Of a stretch of DNA of 64,000 nucleotides, positions 43,970 through 54,245 are shown one piece after another. The DNA is from an uncultured Candidatus Binatia bacterium (lineage in GTDB: Bacteria > Desulfobacterota > Binatia > UBA9968 > JAJDTQ01), in assembly GCA_964291295.2 (NCBI GenBank), contig OZ219754.1:3424001-3488000 (forward strand), given 5' to 3'. Below the pieces are notes generated by a model that saw nothing but the letters and a program-made list of their open reading frames with translations, was not told the DNA's origin and did not search any database. The translations under genes were made by a program, and so were the position numbers. Numbering within the stretch: position 1 is the first letter of the stretch; each line of letters starts with the position of its first letter.

Positions 43970-44490
43970 CGGCCAGCACCTCGTCGAGGCTCGCCGCCAC
44001 CAGCACCGCATCCGCCCAGGCCTCCAGTTCGGCTGCCGACGCACCGCGGACCCGCTCGCGGACCGCATCCGGCACATCACCGAAGCGCAACTCCAGAAGG
44101 CGAAGAAGGATCCCGGCCTGGCCCTCGCTCCGGCCTCGTTCGACTCCCTGTCCGATCCAGGCTTGCGCCACCGTGCCCATCAGCGCCTCCCAGCGGTCCG
44201 GCGCAGCGACGCCTCCAGCAACGGCGGCGTCAGGTTCATGCGCTCGGCAATGTAACGCACAATATGACACTCGAAACTCGAAAGCGCTCCCCGCAACCGG
44301 CCCGCCCGTCATCTCGTCGAGAAGCTCCGGCGGAATCTCCTCGGCATGGACAACCTTGAGCGCCAGAAGACCGGCCCGCACCTCGGGCGAGACCGACAGC
44401 CGGCGTGGCGCAATCTCCCCAAGGTCGTGCACCACATGGGCAAACTCCCTGACGAAAAGCTCCAGTTCCCCGGGCGCGTCGATCATCCCC
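43970..44490 (-). pseudogene. Second Rpn remnant (C-terminal half), paralogous to 16040-16600
   Basis: PGMIDAPGELE, HDLGEIAP, WEALMGTVAQAW, RFGDVP and AASLDEVLAA are shared with the first copy; internal indels. Confidence 0.8.
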
Positions 44491-44637
44491 GGCCGAGGGC
44501 TGGACACGGATGCCGAAGCCGGTGAGGCGGTCGTCCCAGGCGATGAAGGGTTTATGCCCGGGCTTGAGCACTTCGACGTTGCGCTTGTTGAGGGTGAGCT
44601 TGAGGTTGGCGGTGCGCTTGCCGGGCTCTGTTGACAT
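44490..44637 (-). pseudogene. Tyrosine integrase N-terminal arm-binding domain fragment (DUF4102-like)
   Basis: LTLNKRNVEVLKP and WDDRLTGFGIRVQPS, then an abrupt join to Rpn sequence. Confidence 0.7.
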
Positions 44638-45101
44638 GATGACATTCCGCCGAAAAGGGCTCGAATATCCCTATACAGGTCAACACATGGAAGTCAACCG
44701 GAGGGCATCCGCGTCGCGCCATGTCTCCTGGGTCAGCCTTTATTCCATTGAAATACAACAATATCCCTGGACGGCTGATACTATGGACAGACAGGCTTGT
44801 GATAGACTCCCAGAACCTTCGGACAGAGCGCCACATGACTGTCGCCCTCGCGTTCGACGTCAAGCGTCTGTTCATCCCTTGCCTCCCGTACCGGGCCTGC
44901 TGGCTTCCGCATCGTGCAAGAACCAGGCGACAGGGTACAGTGCGATACGAAGCGCCTCTCCCGATCAGTCCTTGCCCTCCCATACCCCAGGGAAGCTCTC
45001 GAAAAAAGGCCCCTCGTCCGCTCCGTGACTCATGCCTCCAAGACTATCCGAAGCCGCGGAGACAAGTCGGCGCAATTCACAATCACCCGGAATCACCACC
45101 C

Positions 45102-45207
45102 AGTTCGTCAAGTAGTTCGTCAAGTAATTCGTCAAGCAATCCCGGCGTGGGATTGTCCGGTCGCACGGCCAGACGCATCGTGACATTGGCATCGTGACAA
45201 TGGCATC
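45102..45207. repeat. Short direct repeats: 12 bp x3 (AGTTCGTCAAGT) and 14 bp x2+ (GCATCGTGACAWTG)
   Basis: Read directly at 45102-45137 and 45175-45207. Confidence 0.75.
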
Positions 45208-45314
45208 CTGGTCGCCTCATGATGACTCGTGGCTTGCCCGTGCGATTCAACCTCCAATGAACCCGGCGGTTCATCCCGGGTCTCGCGCGGCGGGAAGATG
45301 GCGGATACGGGGCC

Positions 45315-45682
45315 TTGCTTGATCACCTGCTGTCGGTGCCGCTTGATGACTTTGACCCGCGAAGGATCCTGGAAACAAGCGCCTTGCGGGATCCAATGGC
45401 CTTCAGTCTGGACCCGGTGCCCGCGTGGTGGCTCGACAAGCTGCGAGATGGGCAAGTTGAGCTTGGGAAGGGTTGGCCGGAGACCGTCACGACCAACAGC
45501 CTGTTCAAGGATTATCTGACCTATGCCGACGATATGCGCATCAATGGCGGGCGACGATGCGCAACTTCGGTCAAAAGCTGACCAGGTTGGGCGTGGTTCG
45601 GAAGCGGGTGCGCGTCGGGGTGCTGTTCGACTACTGCCATACCATCCCGCCGTTGAGTGAGGCGCGGGAGCGGTGGGAATAG
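45315..45682 (+). pseudogene. Remnant resembling the C-terminus of a phage/satellite primase-helicase
   Basis: LL..DL..FDPR, T.AL, SLDPV..WW, LF.DY, FG..L and P.L.EAR..W pattern across a frameshift. Recognised from memory only. Confidence 0.4.
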
Positions 45683-45835
45683 GTCCACGGACCGGAAGAC
45701 CGGGTCAGGGAAGGTCTGAACAACCCCGAGTTGGCTGGGACTGAATCAATGGAATCAACAGGTTGCGAGCAGCTCCCTGTCGCGCCGCCGCCTTGTTCGG
45801 ACCTTCCTTGGGCGGCGCCGGTCGCGCGCGCGGGC

Positions 45836-46447
45836 TCAGCCGGAGGCCGGTGGCGGCTCCTCGGACGGCTCCTCTCCGGTGCCCGGCGAGAGTTCGTTCG
45901 CCTCCCCTGACGGCGTCTCGGCGGGGGCCGGTCCGACCCCCGCCGAGACGGCCTCCGCCTGACCCCCGGCAGCGGCTGATTCCACTGCGCCGCCCGGCGG
46001 CTGATCCTCCGACACCACCCTTACCCGGATGTTCGGCATCACTTCCGGACGGAGACGGACGGCAACCTCGTAGTCGCCCACCGCCTTGATGGGAGCTTCC
46101 AGGACGATCCGGCGACGCTCCACCTCGAAGCCCCGCTCCTTCAACGCCTTCTCGATGTCAAGGCTTGTGACGGAGCCGAAGAGCCTTCCCTCCTCGCCCA
46201 CCTTGGCGGCGAACTCGAGGGATACGCCGGCCAGCTTCGCGCTGATGCCCTCGGCCTCCTTGGTGAGGCGCTCCCGGCGCTGGCCGATCATGCGCTGCTG
46301 GTGCTCCAGCGCCTTCAGGTTCTTCTTGTTGGCCGGCACCACCAGGCCCCGGGGCAACAGGTAGTTGCGGGCGTAACCATCCCTGACCTTCACCACGTCG
46401 CCCATGTGGCCCAGGTTTTCAATGTCCTCCCTCAGAACGACTTCCAT
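45836..46447 (-). CDS. rplI: 50S ribosomal protein L9
   Basis: MEVVLREDIENLG, VKVRDGYARNYLLP and LFGSVT. Confidence 0.97.
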   Translation of the reverse strand: MEVVLREDIENLGHMGDVVKVRDGYARNYLLPRGLVVPANKKNLKALEHQQRMIGQRRERLTKEAEGISAKLAGVSLEFAAKVGEEGRLFGSVTSLDIEKALKERGFEVERRRIVLEAPIKAVGDYEVAVRLRPEVMPNIRVRVVSEDQPPGGAVESAAAGGQAEAVSAGVGPAPAETPSGEANELSPGTGEEPSEEPPPASG

Positions 46448-46457
46448 CGAATCTCCT

Positions 46458-47402
46458 TCAGGTCAGGCCCGCGGTGCGTCGCTTGAGACGACGAAAGTCG
46501 CCCCAGAGGTCGAAGAACCCCAAGCCGATGACCAGCACCGTGAGAATCTGCTCGAAGACGATGAGCAGGTATCCCAGAACGCGAAAAAACATCGGCACCT
46601 TCTTGTGATGAAAATAGTACGCCACGATGGCGAGGCCGTGGAAGAAATAGAACACGGTGCATACGAACACCACGTTCACGGCCAGTGCGCGCAAGGTCCA
46701 GCCCAGGGGTAGAAACAGCGCCAAGGCAGGCACCAGCAACAGCCACACCATGTGGTCCGGCGACTTCCACTCCTTGAGGTCTCCGGCCTCGAAGAAAAAC
46801 GAGCGATACTGCGGGAAGTGCCACGACAGCAGGGCCAGGTTGACCAGCACCATCACCCCCAGAGTCAGGAAAGCCATGCCGGGCAGCATCTGGACGAAGA
46901 GCGCCGCCATCTGCCCCGCATGTTCCCTGAGGAAGTCGATGGTGTCGCCCGACAGACCCATGCGCCGGTACGCTTCCAGGACCGTGAGAATCTGGGCCTG
47001 AACGCCCGCCTGCAGCGTCGTCCACAGGGCGGAGAACGAGCCGGCAAACGCCGTCGCGGCCACCAGCATGACCGCCACCGTGCAGATGGCATTGCCGCTC
47101 ACCACCTTGGCGAGGGACCATCCCCGCCCGAACGAGAAGAACAGCAGATACGCCACCAGTGCCAGCATCAGGCAGGACACCGCCCCTTCCAGCCCGGCGA
47201 CGGGATAGACGCATGCCGCCGCCGCCACCGGCAGCAACTGTCCCGGCCGTCTCCCCACCTTGACGCCGACGAACAGGGCCGGATAGAGGACGAGCGGCAC
47301 CGCGGCCAAGCCGAGGATCGGCACCCGCAAACCCACGAAAAAAAGCAGCAGGGTGGCGACCAACCCGAGCCCGAACCACTTCAGAGTGTCAAGCCCATTC
47401 AT
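46458..47402 (-). CDS. YybS/DUF2232 membrane protein
   Basis: Multiple TM segments and C-terminal GFFDLWGDFRR; canonical position between rpsR and rplI. Confidence 0.85.
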   Translation of the reverse strand: MNGLDTLKWFGLGLVATLLLFFVGLRVPILGLAAVPLVLYPALFVGVKVGRRPGQLLPVAAAACVYPVAGLEGAVSCLMLALVAYLLFFSFGRGWSLAKVVSGNAICTVAVMLVAATAFAGSFSALWTTLQAGVQAQILTVLEAYRRMGLSGDTIDFLREHAGQMAALFVQMLPGMAFLTLGVMVLVNLALLSWHFPQYRSFFFEAGDLKEWKSPDHMVWLLLVPALALFLPLGWTLRALAVNVVFVCTVFYFFHGLAIVAYYFHHKKVPMFFRVLGYLLIVFEQILTVLVIGLGFFDLWGDFRRLKRRTAGLT

Positions 47403-47484
47403 AAGCTGACCAGTCGTGACCCGCGAAGGCAGAAAGAGTCCGCACCATGCCGCGAATGTCACAGGCCGCGCGGAAGACGCCGGA

Positions 47485-47763
47485 TCAGAGCTTTACGGTG
47501 GTATAGGGGAGTAACGCTACCAGACGAGACCGCTTGATGGCCCTGGACAGGCGCCGCTGGCACCAGCAACAGGTCCCGGTGATGCGGCTCGGCGTGATCT
47601 TGCCCCGCTCCGTCATGAATCCGCTGAGGAGCTTGGTATCCTTGTAGTCGAAGCGGAGGTCCTTGTTGGCACAGAAGCGACAGATCTTCCGGCGCGAAAT
47701 GCCGCGCCGGCGAGGTGACGAATCACGATCTTCCGAGCCTCTTCTCCCGTGATATTCAGCCAT
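47485..47763 (-). CDS. rpsR: 30S ribosomal protein S18
   Basis: [24 protein letters not shown] and AIKRSR..ALLPY. Confidence 0.96.
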   Translation of the reverse strand: MAEYHGRRGSEDRDSSPRRRGISRRKICRFCANKDLRFDYKDTKLLSGFMTERGKITPSRITGTCCWCQRRLSRAIKRSRLVALLPYTTVKL

Positions 47764-47805
47764 GTTTCCCTTGGTCGTCCCGCCCGCTGTCCGCGGCGGA
47801 AGCCC

Positions 47806-48219
47806 TTACGCTTCGGAGCCTTCCCGGGTTTCCTCGGCAGGTTCCGGCGCGGTTTCCTGTTCCGGTGCGGTTTCCTGTTCCGGCGAGGACACGGGATCTT
47901 CCGTCCGGGCCAAGGACCGCACGTCCTTGTCCAGGACCACGGTCATGCAACGCATGACCTCGTCGCTCAAACGCATCAGCCGCTCGAACTCCTCGCTGGT
48001 TCCCGCCGTAGCCCTGTACTGAACCAGGTTGTAGAAACCCCTTCCCTGCTTCTCGATGGAGTAGGCGAGATCGCGCATGCCCCATTCCTCGAAATGGGTG
48101 ATGGTCGCGCCGCGCCCTTCCAGAACCTCCCGATACTTCTCGCAGAGTTCCTTGTTCCTGCCGCTGTGAGCCGGGTGAACGATGAAGAGCGTTTCGTAAT
48201 GGGTCGTTTCGTCAGTCAT
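47806..48219 (-). CDS. rpsF: 30S ribosomal protein S6
   Basis: YETLFIVHP, EEWGMRDLAYSI and GFY. Confidence 0.93.
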   Translation of the reverse strand: MTDETTHYETLFIVHPAHSGRNKELCEKYREVLEGRGATITHFEEWGMRDLAYSIEKQGRGFYNLVQYRATAGTSEEFERLMRLSDEVMRCMTVVLDKDVRSLARTEDPVSSPEQETAPEQETAPEPAEETREGSEA

Positions 48220-48504
48220 GGTTCGTCGAGTCCGGAGAACCTCATCAATGGCCGATTGATGGCCGATTGATGGCCGATGGCTGTCTGGCCGGTGTCATGA
48301 GTCGAAATGGCATCGCAACGACATCCAGAACGATATCGAAGCAGTGGCCTCCGAACGGCATTCAAACAGCCAGGTCGCAACCAGAAATGGCAACCGAAAG
48401 TGGCAACCGGAGGGCGCCTCCGGGGACGCCCATGAAGGATGCCGTTTCAGTGCACCGGAGCGAGTCAACCTAGCACAGGGACTGCCTGTTTACAACCCTC
48501 GGGC

Positions 48505-50553
48505 TCAAACCAGCAGTGGCGCGATGACCAGCGAAACCACCGACATGAGCTTGATGAGGATGTTCATGGACGGGCCGGAGGTGTCCTTGAGGGGATCGCC
48601 CACGGTGTCGCCGACCACGGCCGCCTTGTGCGCCTCGCCGCCCTTCTCCTCGTTTCGGAGGTCGCCGCGCTCGATGTACTTCTTGGCGTTGTCCCAGGCA
48701 CCGCCGGCGTTGGACATGAGCAGCGCCAGCAGCACGCCCGAGACCAGTGCCCCGGCCAGCGTCCCGCCCAGTGCCACCGGCCCCAGCGCGAAACCCACCA
48801 CCACCGGCACCACCACCGCCACCAGCCCCGGCACCACCATCTCCTTGATGGCCGCTCGGGTGGAGATGTCCACGCAACGGGCCGCGTCGGGCTTGACGCC
48901 CTCCCGGCCTTCCAGCAGACCGGGGATCTCGCGGAACTGCCGGCGGATCTCGTCGATCATTCGTCCGGCGGCCCGTCCCACCGCGGTCATGGTCATGGCG
49001 CCGATGAGGTACGGGATGAGGCCGCCGATGAACAGGCCCACCACCACCTCCGGCGAGGTCACCAGAATCTGCACCGGCGGTTGGCCCATGGCCGCCAGCT
49101 CGGTATCCACCGTCCGGGTATAGGCCGAGAACAGCGCCAGTGCGGTCAAGGCCGCCGACCCGATGGCGAAACCCTTGCCAATGGCCGCCGTGGTGTTGCC
49201 CAGCGAGTCGAGCCCGTCGGTAATCTCGCGCACCTCGGACCCCAGGCCGCACATCTCGGAAATGCCGCCGGCGTTGTCGGCAATGGGGCCGTAGGCATCC
49301 ACGCTCATGGTGATGCCCACCGTGGCCAGCATCGCCACCGCGGCCACGCCGATGCCGTAGAGCTGGGCCGCACCGTGGGACACCCAGATGGCGACGGCAA
49401 TGACCACCACCGGAGCCGCCACGCTCTCCAGACCCACCGCCAGCCCGTGGATGATGTTGGTGGCGTGGCCCGTGCGGCTGGCCTCGGCGATGCGTTCCAC
49501 CGGCTTGGCGGAAGTGTAGTACTCGGTGATGAGGCCGATGAGGATGCCTCCCAGAGAACCCGCCAGCACCGCCCAGAAGACGCCGATGGTGACGCCGCAG
49601 GCGAGGATGAGCACCAGCGCCGCCACCAGGAACAGCACCGTGGTAAGGACCGTCGCGCTGCGCAGCGCCGATTGCGGGTCGATCTTCTTGAACACGCGCA
49701 TGGAATAGATGCCCGCCACCGAGGCGATGAGGCCCAGCACCGCCAGGAGCAGCGGCAGCGCCATCAGCGTGGCCCTGGAGGCATCGGCCTGGGACGAGAA
49801 CAGAGCGGCGAGCCCGCTCGGTGCGATGGTGCTGGCGATGGCGATGGACGCGATCACGGAGCCCACGTAGGACTCGAACAGATCCGCACCCATGCCGGCC
49901 ACATCGCCGACGTTGTCACCGACGTTGTCCGCGATGACGCCAGGATTGCGGGGATCATCTTCGGGAATGCCGGCCTCGACCTTGCCCACCAGGTCGGAGC
50001 CCACGTCCGCGGCCTTGGTGTAAATGCCGCCGCCGACACGGGAGAACAGGGCGATGGAGCTGGCGCCCATGGCGAACCCGCTGATGTACCTGGCGTTTCC
50101 CGGATCACCGTAAAGCAGAAACAGGACGCCGACGCCCAGCAGACCGAGGCTGGCCACCGAAAGGCCCATCACCGAGCCGCCGTTGAAGGCCATGAGCAGC
50201 GCTTCGGCCTGGCCGCCCTCCGAGGCCGCCTGGGTCGTGCGGACGTTGGCGCGGGTGGCCGCCTTCATGCCGAGAAAGCCGGCGATCACCGAGCATGCCG
50301 CGCCCGCGAAGAACGCCAGCGCGGTGGGAACCCCGAGCTGCCATGCCAGCAACAGCGCCACCACCACCACAAATACCGAAAGAACGATGTACTCGCGCTT
50401 CAGAAAGGCCATGGCGCCTTCGTAGATGGAGTCGCTGACGGACTCCATGCCGGCATCCTTGACACCGACCTTGACGATGCTGCCATACGCCAGGTACGCC
50501 ACAAGAAGTCCGGCCGCTCCCAGTATCGGAGCCCAGACCACCAAACCATCCAT
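48505..50553 (-). CDS. hppA: Membrane-integral pyrophosphatase, K+-dependent type (likely Na+-translocating)
   Basis: [46 protein letters not shown] and [10 protein letters not shown]. Confidence 0.95.
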   Translation of the reverse strand: MDGLVVWAPILGAAGLLVAYLAYGSIVKVGVKDAGMESVSDSIYEGAMAFLKREYIVLSVFVVVVALLLAWQLGVPTALAFFAGAACSVIAGFLGMKAATRANVRTTQAASEGGQAEALLMAFNGGSVMGLSVASLGLLGVGVLFLLYGDPGNARYISGFAMGASSIALFSRVGGGIYTKAADVGSDLVGKVEAGIPEDDPRNPGVIADNVGDNVGDVAGMGADLFESYVGSVIASIAIASTIAPSGLAALFSSQADASRATLMALPLLLAVLGLIASVAGIYSMRVFKKIDPQSALRSATVLTTVLFLVAALVLILACGVTIGVFWAVLAGSLGGILIGLITEYYTSAKPVERIAEASRTGHATNIIHGLAVGLESVAAPVVVIAVAIWVSHGAAQLYGIGVAAVAMLATVGITMSVDAYGPIADNAGGISEMCGLGSEVREITDGLDSLGNTTAAIGKGFAIGSAALTALALFSAYTRTVDTELAAMGQPPVQILVTSPEVVVGLFIGGLIPYLIGAMTMTAVGRAAGRMIDEIRRQFREIPGLLEGREGVKPDAARCVDISTRAAIKEMVVPGLVAVVVPVVVGFALGPVALGGTLAGALVSGVLLALLMSNAGGAWDNAKKYIERGDLRNEEKGGEAHKAAVVGDTVGDPLKDTSGPSMNILIKLMSVVSLVIAPLLV

Positions 50554-50564
50554 AACACCCTCCT

Positions 50565-51155
50565 CTATTGAACTCGATTGAAGTCTTCCATGGCCCGGAC
50601 CGGGCCCTTCAGCACGATCGCTTCCAGCGCTTCCGCAGCCTTCGACAACACGCCGTCCAACCGACCCTCTTCCTCCGGCGAGAAGCGGCTCAGGACGTAG
50701 TCCACTGCATCCCCGCCGGCGTGCGGCCGGCCGATGCCGATGCGCAGGCGCACGAAACCGCGGTCGGCGACGTATTGCAGCACCGACGCCAGACCCCGGT
50801 GCCCGCCGGCGGAACCACCGCAACGGATGCGCAGTCGGCCGAACGGCAGGTCCAGGTCGTCGTACGCCACCACGAGATCCGCACCCCGCACCTGGAAGCG
50901 CTTCAACAGGGCGGCGGCCGCCAAGCCGCTGTTGTTCATGTAGGTCTGCGGCTTGGCGAGCACCAGCGGCGGCCACCACTCGGCGGCCACCGGATCCCAC
51001 GCCCGCTCGCCGCGCCCCACCAGGGACTCGCACCGGTCGTCATTGATGCGGATGCCCCGGGCTTCCGCGATGCGGTCCAGCAACAGGAAACCCAGATTGT
51101 GCCGCGTCCGCGCGTATCGCCGGCCCGGGTTGCCCAGACCCACCACCAGCTTCAC
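50565..51155 (-). CDS. pth: Peptidyl-tRNA hydrolase
   Basis: VGLGNPG, TRHNLGF, KPQTYMN.SG, GSAGGH and RLRIGIGRP. Confidence 0.95.
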   Translation of the reverse strand: MKLVVGLGNPGRRYARTRHNLGFLLLDRIAEARGIRINDDRCESLVGRGERAWDPVAAEWWPPLVLAKPQTYMNNSGLAAAALLKRFQVRGADLVVAYDDLDLPFGRLRIRCGGSAGGHRGLASVLQYVADRGFVRLRIGIGRPHAGGDAVDYVLSRFSPEEEGRLDGVLSKAAEALEAIVLKGPVRAMEDFNRVQ

Positions 51156-51200
51156 GTCAGGCCACCGTGCCCGGACAACGGACGGCAAGAGGCCCCGGGA

Positions 51201-51848
51201 TCACTCGCCGGTCGGTTCCGCGGGCGCCGCACCCGAGTCGTCGGCCCCCTCCACCGCCTCGCCGGCCTCCCCGTCCTCCGTCAGCGTGGAGACCGTCGGT
51301 GCCAGCACCGACACCAGGGCCAGGTCCGGAGTGTTGTGGGTCACATTGGGTGGCAGGGTGATGTCACCGGCCTTGAATCCGTGGCCGACCTGCAGCGAGG
51401 AAACGTCCACCTCGATTCGCGCCGGGATGTCCATGGGGAGGCACTCCACTTCCAGTTCCCGCGCGATGGGTTGCAGTACGCCCCCCTGAACCACTCCCTC
51501 CGCCCGGCCCACGAAATGAAGCCCCACCATGACGGTGATCTTTCGCGTCACGTCCACCTCGTAGAAATCGATGTGGGCGATGGCGTGCGTCACCGGGTGA
51601 TACTGGACGGCCTTGATGAGAACCAGCCTGCCGTCAAGGTCGGCGGCGGCGGACTTGAACCGGACCAGATGCGAGCCTTCCAGGCTGCCGACGCGGCTCC
51701 TGAGCTCGCCGGCATCCACCTGCATGGCGAGACCGTCGGTTCCCCGGCCGTAAACGACCCCCGGAAGCTTTCCGTTGCGGCGCAGGCGGCCGGCGTCGCG
51801 CTTGTTTCCCACCTGCCGCACCTCTACCGAGACTTCTACCGTTTCCAA
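51201..51848 (-). CDS. rplY: 50S ribosomal protein L25/Ctc
   Basis: LRR.GKLPGVVYG, QYHPV..HIDF and G..EGV..GG. Confidence 0.95.
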   Translation of the reverse strand: METVEVSVEVRQVGNKRDAGRLRRNGKLPGVVYGRGTDGLAMQVDAGELRSRVGSLEGSHLVRFKSAAADLDGRLVLIKAVQYHPVTHAIAHIDFYEVDVTRKITVMVGLHFVGRAEGVVQGGVLQPIARELEVECLPMDIPARIEVDVSSLQVGHGFKAGDITLPPNVTHNTPDLALVSVLAPTVSTLTEDGEAGEAVEGADDSGAAPAEPTGE

Positions 51849-51887
51849 AACCTGAACCTCCTGACAACGTGCTGCGAACCGGGTCGA

Positions 51888-52829
51888 TCAGAAAAGGGAG
51901 CTGATGGACCGTTCCAGATGGGTCCTGCGGATGGCTTCCCCGATCAGAGGCGCCACCGACAGGGGCTTCAGCTTTCCGCACACGGCCATCTTGGCGCTCA
52001 AGGGGACGGTGTCCGTGACCACCATCTCTTCCATGGGCGAGTCGTTGATCCTGTCCAGCGCCCGGCCCGAGAGAATCGCGTGGGTGCAGCAGCCGATGAC
52101 CTTCTGCGCACCGGCCCGCATCAGGGCTTCCGCCGCCATGGCGATGGTCCCGGCGGTGTCCACCATGTCGTCGATGAGAATGGTCGTCCTGCCTTCCACC
52201 TCGCCGATGATGTTCATCTCTTCCACCACGTTGGCATCGGCCCGGCGCTTGTCAATGACCGCCATCGCCACGTTCAGGCTGGTGGCGAACGCCCGCGCCC
52301 GCTGGGCACCGCCCGCGTCCGGCGACACGACGATGGATTCCCCCGGGCCGACGCGCTCTTTCATGTACTGGAGCAGCACCGGCGACGCATAGAGGTTGTC
52401 CACCGGTATGTTGAAAAAGCCCTGAATCTGGCCGGAGTGCAGATCCATGGTCAATATGCGGGAGGCTCCGGCGGTGGTGATGAGATCCGCCACCAGCTTG
52501 GCGCTGATGGGTACCCGGGGAGCCACCTTGCGGTCCTGCCGCGCGTAACCGTAGTACGGGATCACCGCGGTGACCCGCTTGGCCGAGGCGCGTCTGAAGG
52601 CGTCCAGCATGAGGAGCAGTTCCATCAGGTTGTCGTTGCCCGGGGCGCACGTCGACTGGATCACGAAGACGTCACAACCGCGAACATTCTCCTTGATCTC
52701 CACCCTGATCTCGCCGTCGCTGAACGTCTCCACCAACGCCTCCCCCAGCGGGATCTCGAGATCGCGGCAGATGTCGCGCGCCAGCGGGGTATTGGAATTG
52801 CCCGCAAATATCCTCATTTCGTCGTGCAT
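51888..52829 (-). CDS. prs: Ribose-phosphate pyrophosphokinase
   Basis: FSDGE, YGYARQDRK, DLHSGQIQGFF, SPDAGG and DDMVDTAGT. Confidence 0.97.
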   Translation of the reverse strand: MHDEMRIFAGNSNTPLARDICRDLEIPLGEALVETFSDGEIRVEIKENVRGCDVFVIQSTCAPGNDNLMELLLMLDAFRRASAKRVTAVIPYYGYARQDRKVAPRVPISAKLVADLITTAGASRILTMDLHSGQIQGFFNIPVDNLYASPVLLQYMKERVGPGESIVVSPDAGGAQRARAFATSLNVAMAVIDKRRADANVVEEMNIIGEVEGRTTILIDDMVDTAGTIAMAAEALMRAGAQKVIGCCTHAILSGRALDRINDSPMEEMVVTDTVPLSAKMAVCGKLKPLSVAPLIGEAIRRTHLERSISSLF

Positions 52830-52905
52830 GTCCTGCCTGCACTGCCGTGGAGAGCCGCCGGTGTCGGAGCCATGACCGGCTCACCGGCCCGTCAAGGAAA
52901 GAGCC

Positions 52906-52980
52906 TGGCTGGGCGGGAAGGATTCGAACCTTCGAATACCGGATCCAAAATCCGGGGCCTTACCACTTGGCGACCGCCCA
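52906..52980 (-). tRNA. tRNA-Gln(TTG)
   Basis: TGGGCGG..GCCAAGTGGTAAGGC, anticodon arm CCGGA-TTTTGGA-TCCGG, GGTTCGAATCC T-loop and encoded CCA. Confidence 0.96.
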
Positions 52981-53020
52981 TCCCGTCCCGCCGGCATCCG
53001 AGCGGCCGGCCCGACAACGA

Positions 53021-53305
53021 CTACCCGCCGTCCCGGCCCTGGCCCGCGTCGCCCGATGTAACGTCCCTGTATGCGGCGATAATCCTTTCTTCGATCATTT
53101 TGCGCGTCTCGCTGTTGAGCGGGTGTGCCACATCCTTGTAGGTTCCATCCCGGCGCCTCTTGCTGGGCATGGAAACGAACAGCCCCGAAGTGCCGCGAAT
53201 GACCTTGAGATCCCGAACCAGGAAGCAGTCGTCAAGGGTGATGGTCACATAGGCCTTGAGCTTGTCTTCCTCGACGGGAAAGACCCTGACTTCCGTGACC
53301 TCCAC
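53021..53305 (-). CDS. spoVG: SpoVG family nucleic-acid-binding regulator
   Basis: EVTEVRV, LKAY..IT.D.CF, GLFVSMPS and DVAHP. Confidence 0.93.
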   Translation of the reverse strand: MEVTEVRVFPVEEDKLKAYVTITLDDCFLVRDLKVIRGTSGLFVSMPSKRRRDGTYKDVAHPLNSETRKMIEERIIAAYRDVTSGDAGQGRDGG

Positions 53306-53343
53306 AGGGACCCCCTTTCCGTCCGCGGACGGATGGCCTGCCC

Positions 53344-54210
53344 TCATGTCAGCGAAAAAGCCAGATGCGAACGAACGTCTTTTTCGCCGTCGAAGCCCGC
53401 GAACGCCTTTCTGGCACCCGCCTCGTCAGCGAACACCCCGAAAACCGCAGAGCCGCTGCCCGACATCAGACTGCCGATGGCCCCTTCCTGATGGAGGCGT
53501 TGCTTGAGCCAGGCAATACGCGGATAGCGGCCGATGGTTACGGTTTCGAGGTCGTTGACCATCACCCGAGCCACTTCGTGAGGAGTATCCAACTCGTGAG
53601 GAGTATCCAATTTTTCGATCAAGTTATTATTGTCGGACGATTTTGTCAACTTGAACCGGAAGTTGCGGTAGACCCAAGCGGTGGATACCGGGAATACGGG
53701 AAACAGCACCACCATCCAGAGCACGGGCAACCCGTCGAGCGGACTCAACCGCTCACCGACTCCCCGCGCCCGGGCCGGCTCGCCGCGGATGAAGAAAGGC
53801 ACGTCGGCCCCCACCGACAGCGCCAGCGTCATGAGATCACCGGTGGACAGACCGGTTTCGAACAGATCGTTGATCCCGCGCAGGGCAGCCGCGGCATCGG
53901 TGCTGCCGCCACCGAGCCCGGCGCCAACGGGAATGCGCTTCCGGATCGTCACCGCCACGGCGTCGCGGCGGCCGGTTCGATCCTGGAAGGCCCGGACCGC
54001 CCGATGGACCGTGTTCTCCTTTCCCAAGGGAATATCGGGGACATCCGCATCAAGCGTCAACGATCCCGCGGGACCATCCACCCGGGTGACCTCGACCTCA
54101 TCTCCCAGGCTGATGGGCACCATCAGGGTGTCGAGCAGGTGATAGCCGTCATCCCGCCGACCCGTGACCCGGAGGTGGAGATTCACCTTGGCGGGCGCGA
54201 ACAGTTTCAT
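53344..54210 (-). CDS. ispE: 4-(cytidine 5'-diphospho)-2-C-methyl-D-erythritol kinase
   Basis: APAKVNL, KRIPVGAGLGGGSTDAA, GADVPFF and MSGSGS. Confidence 0.96.
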   Translation of the reverse strand: MKLFAPAKVNLHLRVTGRRDDGYHLLDTLMVPISLGDEVEVTRVDGPAGSLTLDADVPDIPLGKENTVHRAVRAFQDRTGRRDAVAVTIRKRIPVGAGLGGGSTDAAAALRGINDLFETGLSTGDLMTLALSVGADVPFFIRGEPARARGVGERLSPLDGLPVLWMVVLFPVFPVSTAWVYRNFRFKLTKSSDNNNLIEKLDTPHELDTPHEVARVMVNDLETVTIGRYPRIAWLKQRLHQEGAIGSLMSGSGSAVFGVFADEAGARKAFAGFDGEKDVRSHLAFSLT

Positions 54211-54245
54211 GGGACCACGTCACCGCCGCCGGCGCGCAGCCGTGT

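Noticed and set aside
44775-44805. TGGACAGACAGGC resembles the dusA 5' end (WTDR) used by dusA-associated integrases
   Set aside because: The match is too short, and neither dusA nor a second att copy is in the window.
45102-45207. Short repeat clusters here, at 8170-8238 and at 41780-41942 as CRISPR arrays
   Set aside because: Units are contiguous with no unique spacers, and no cas genes are in the window.
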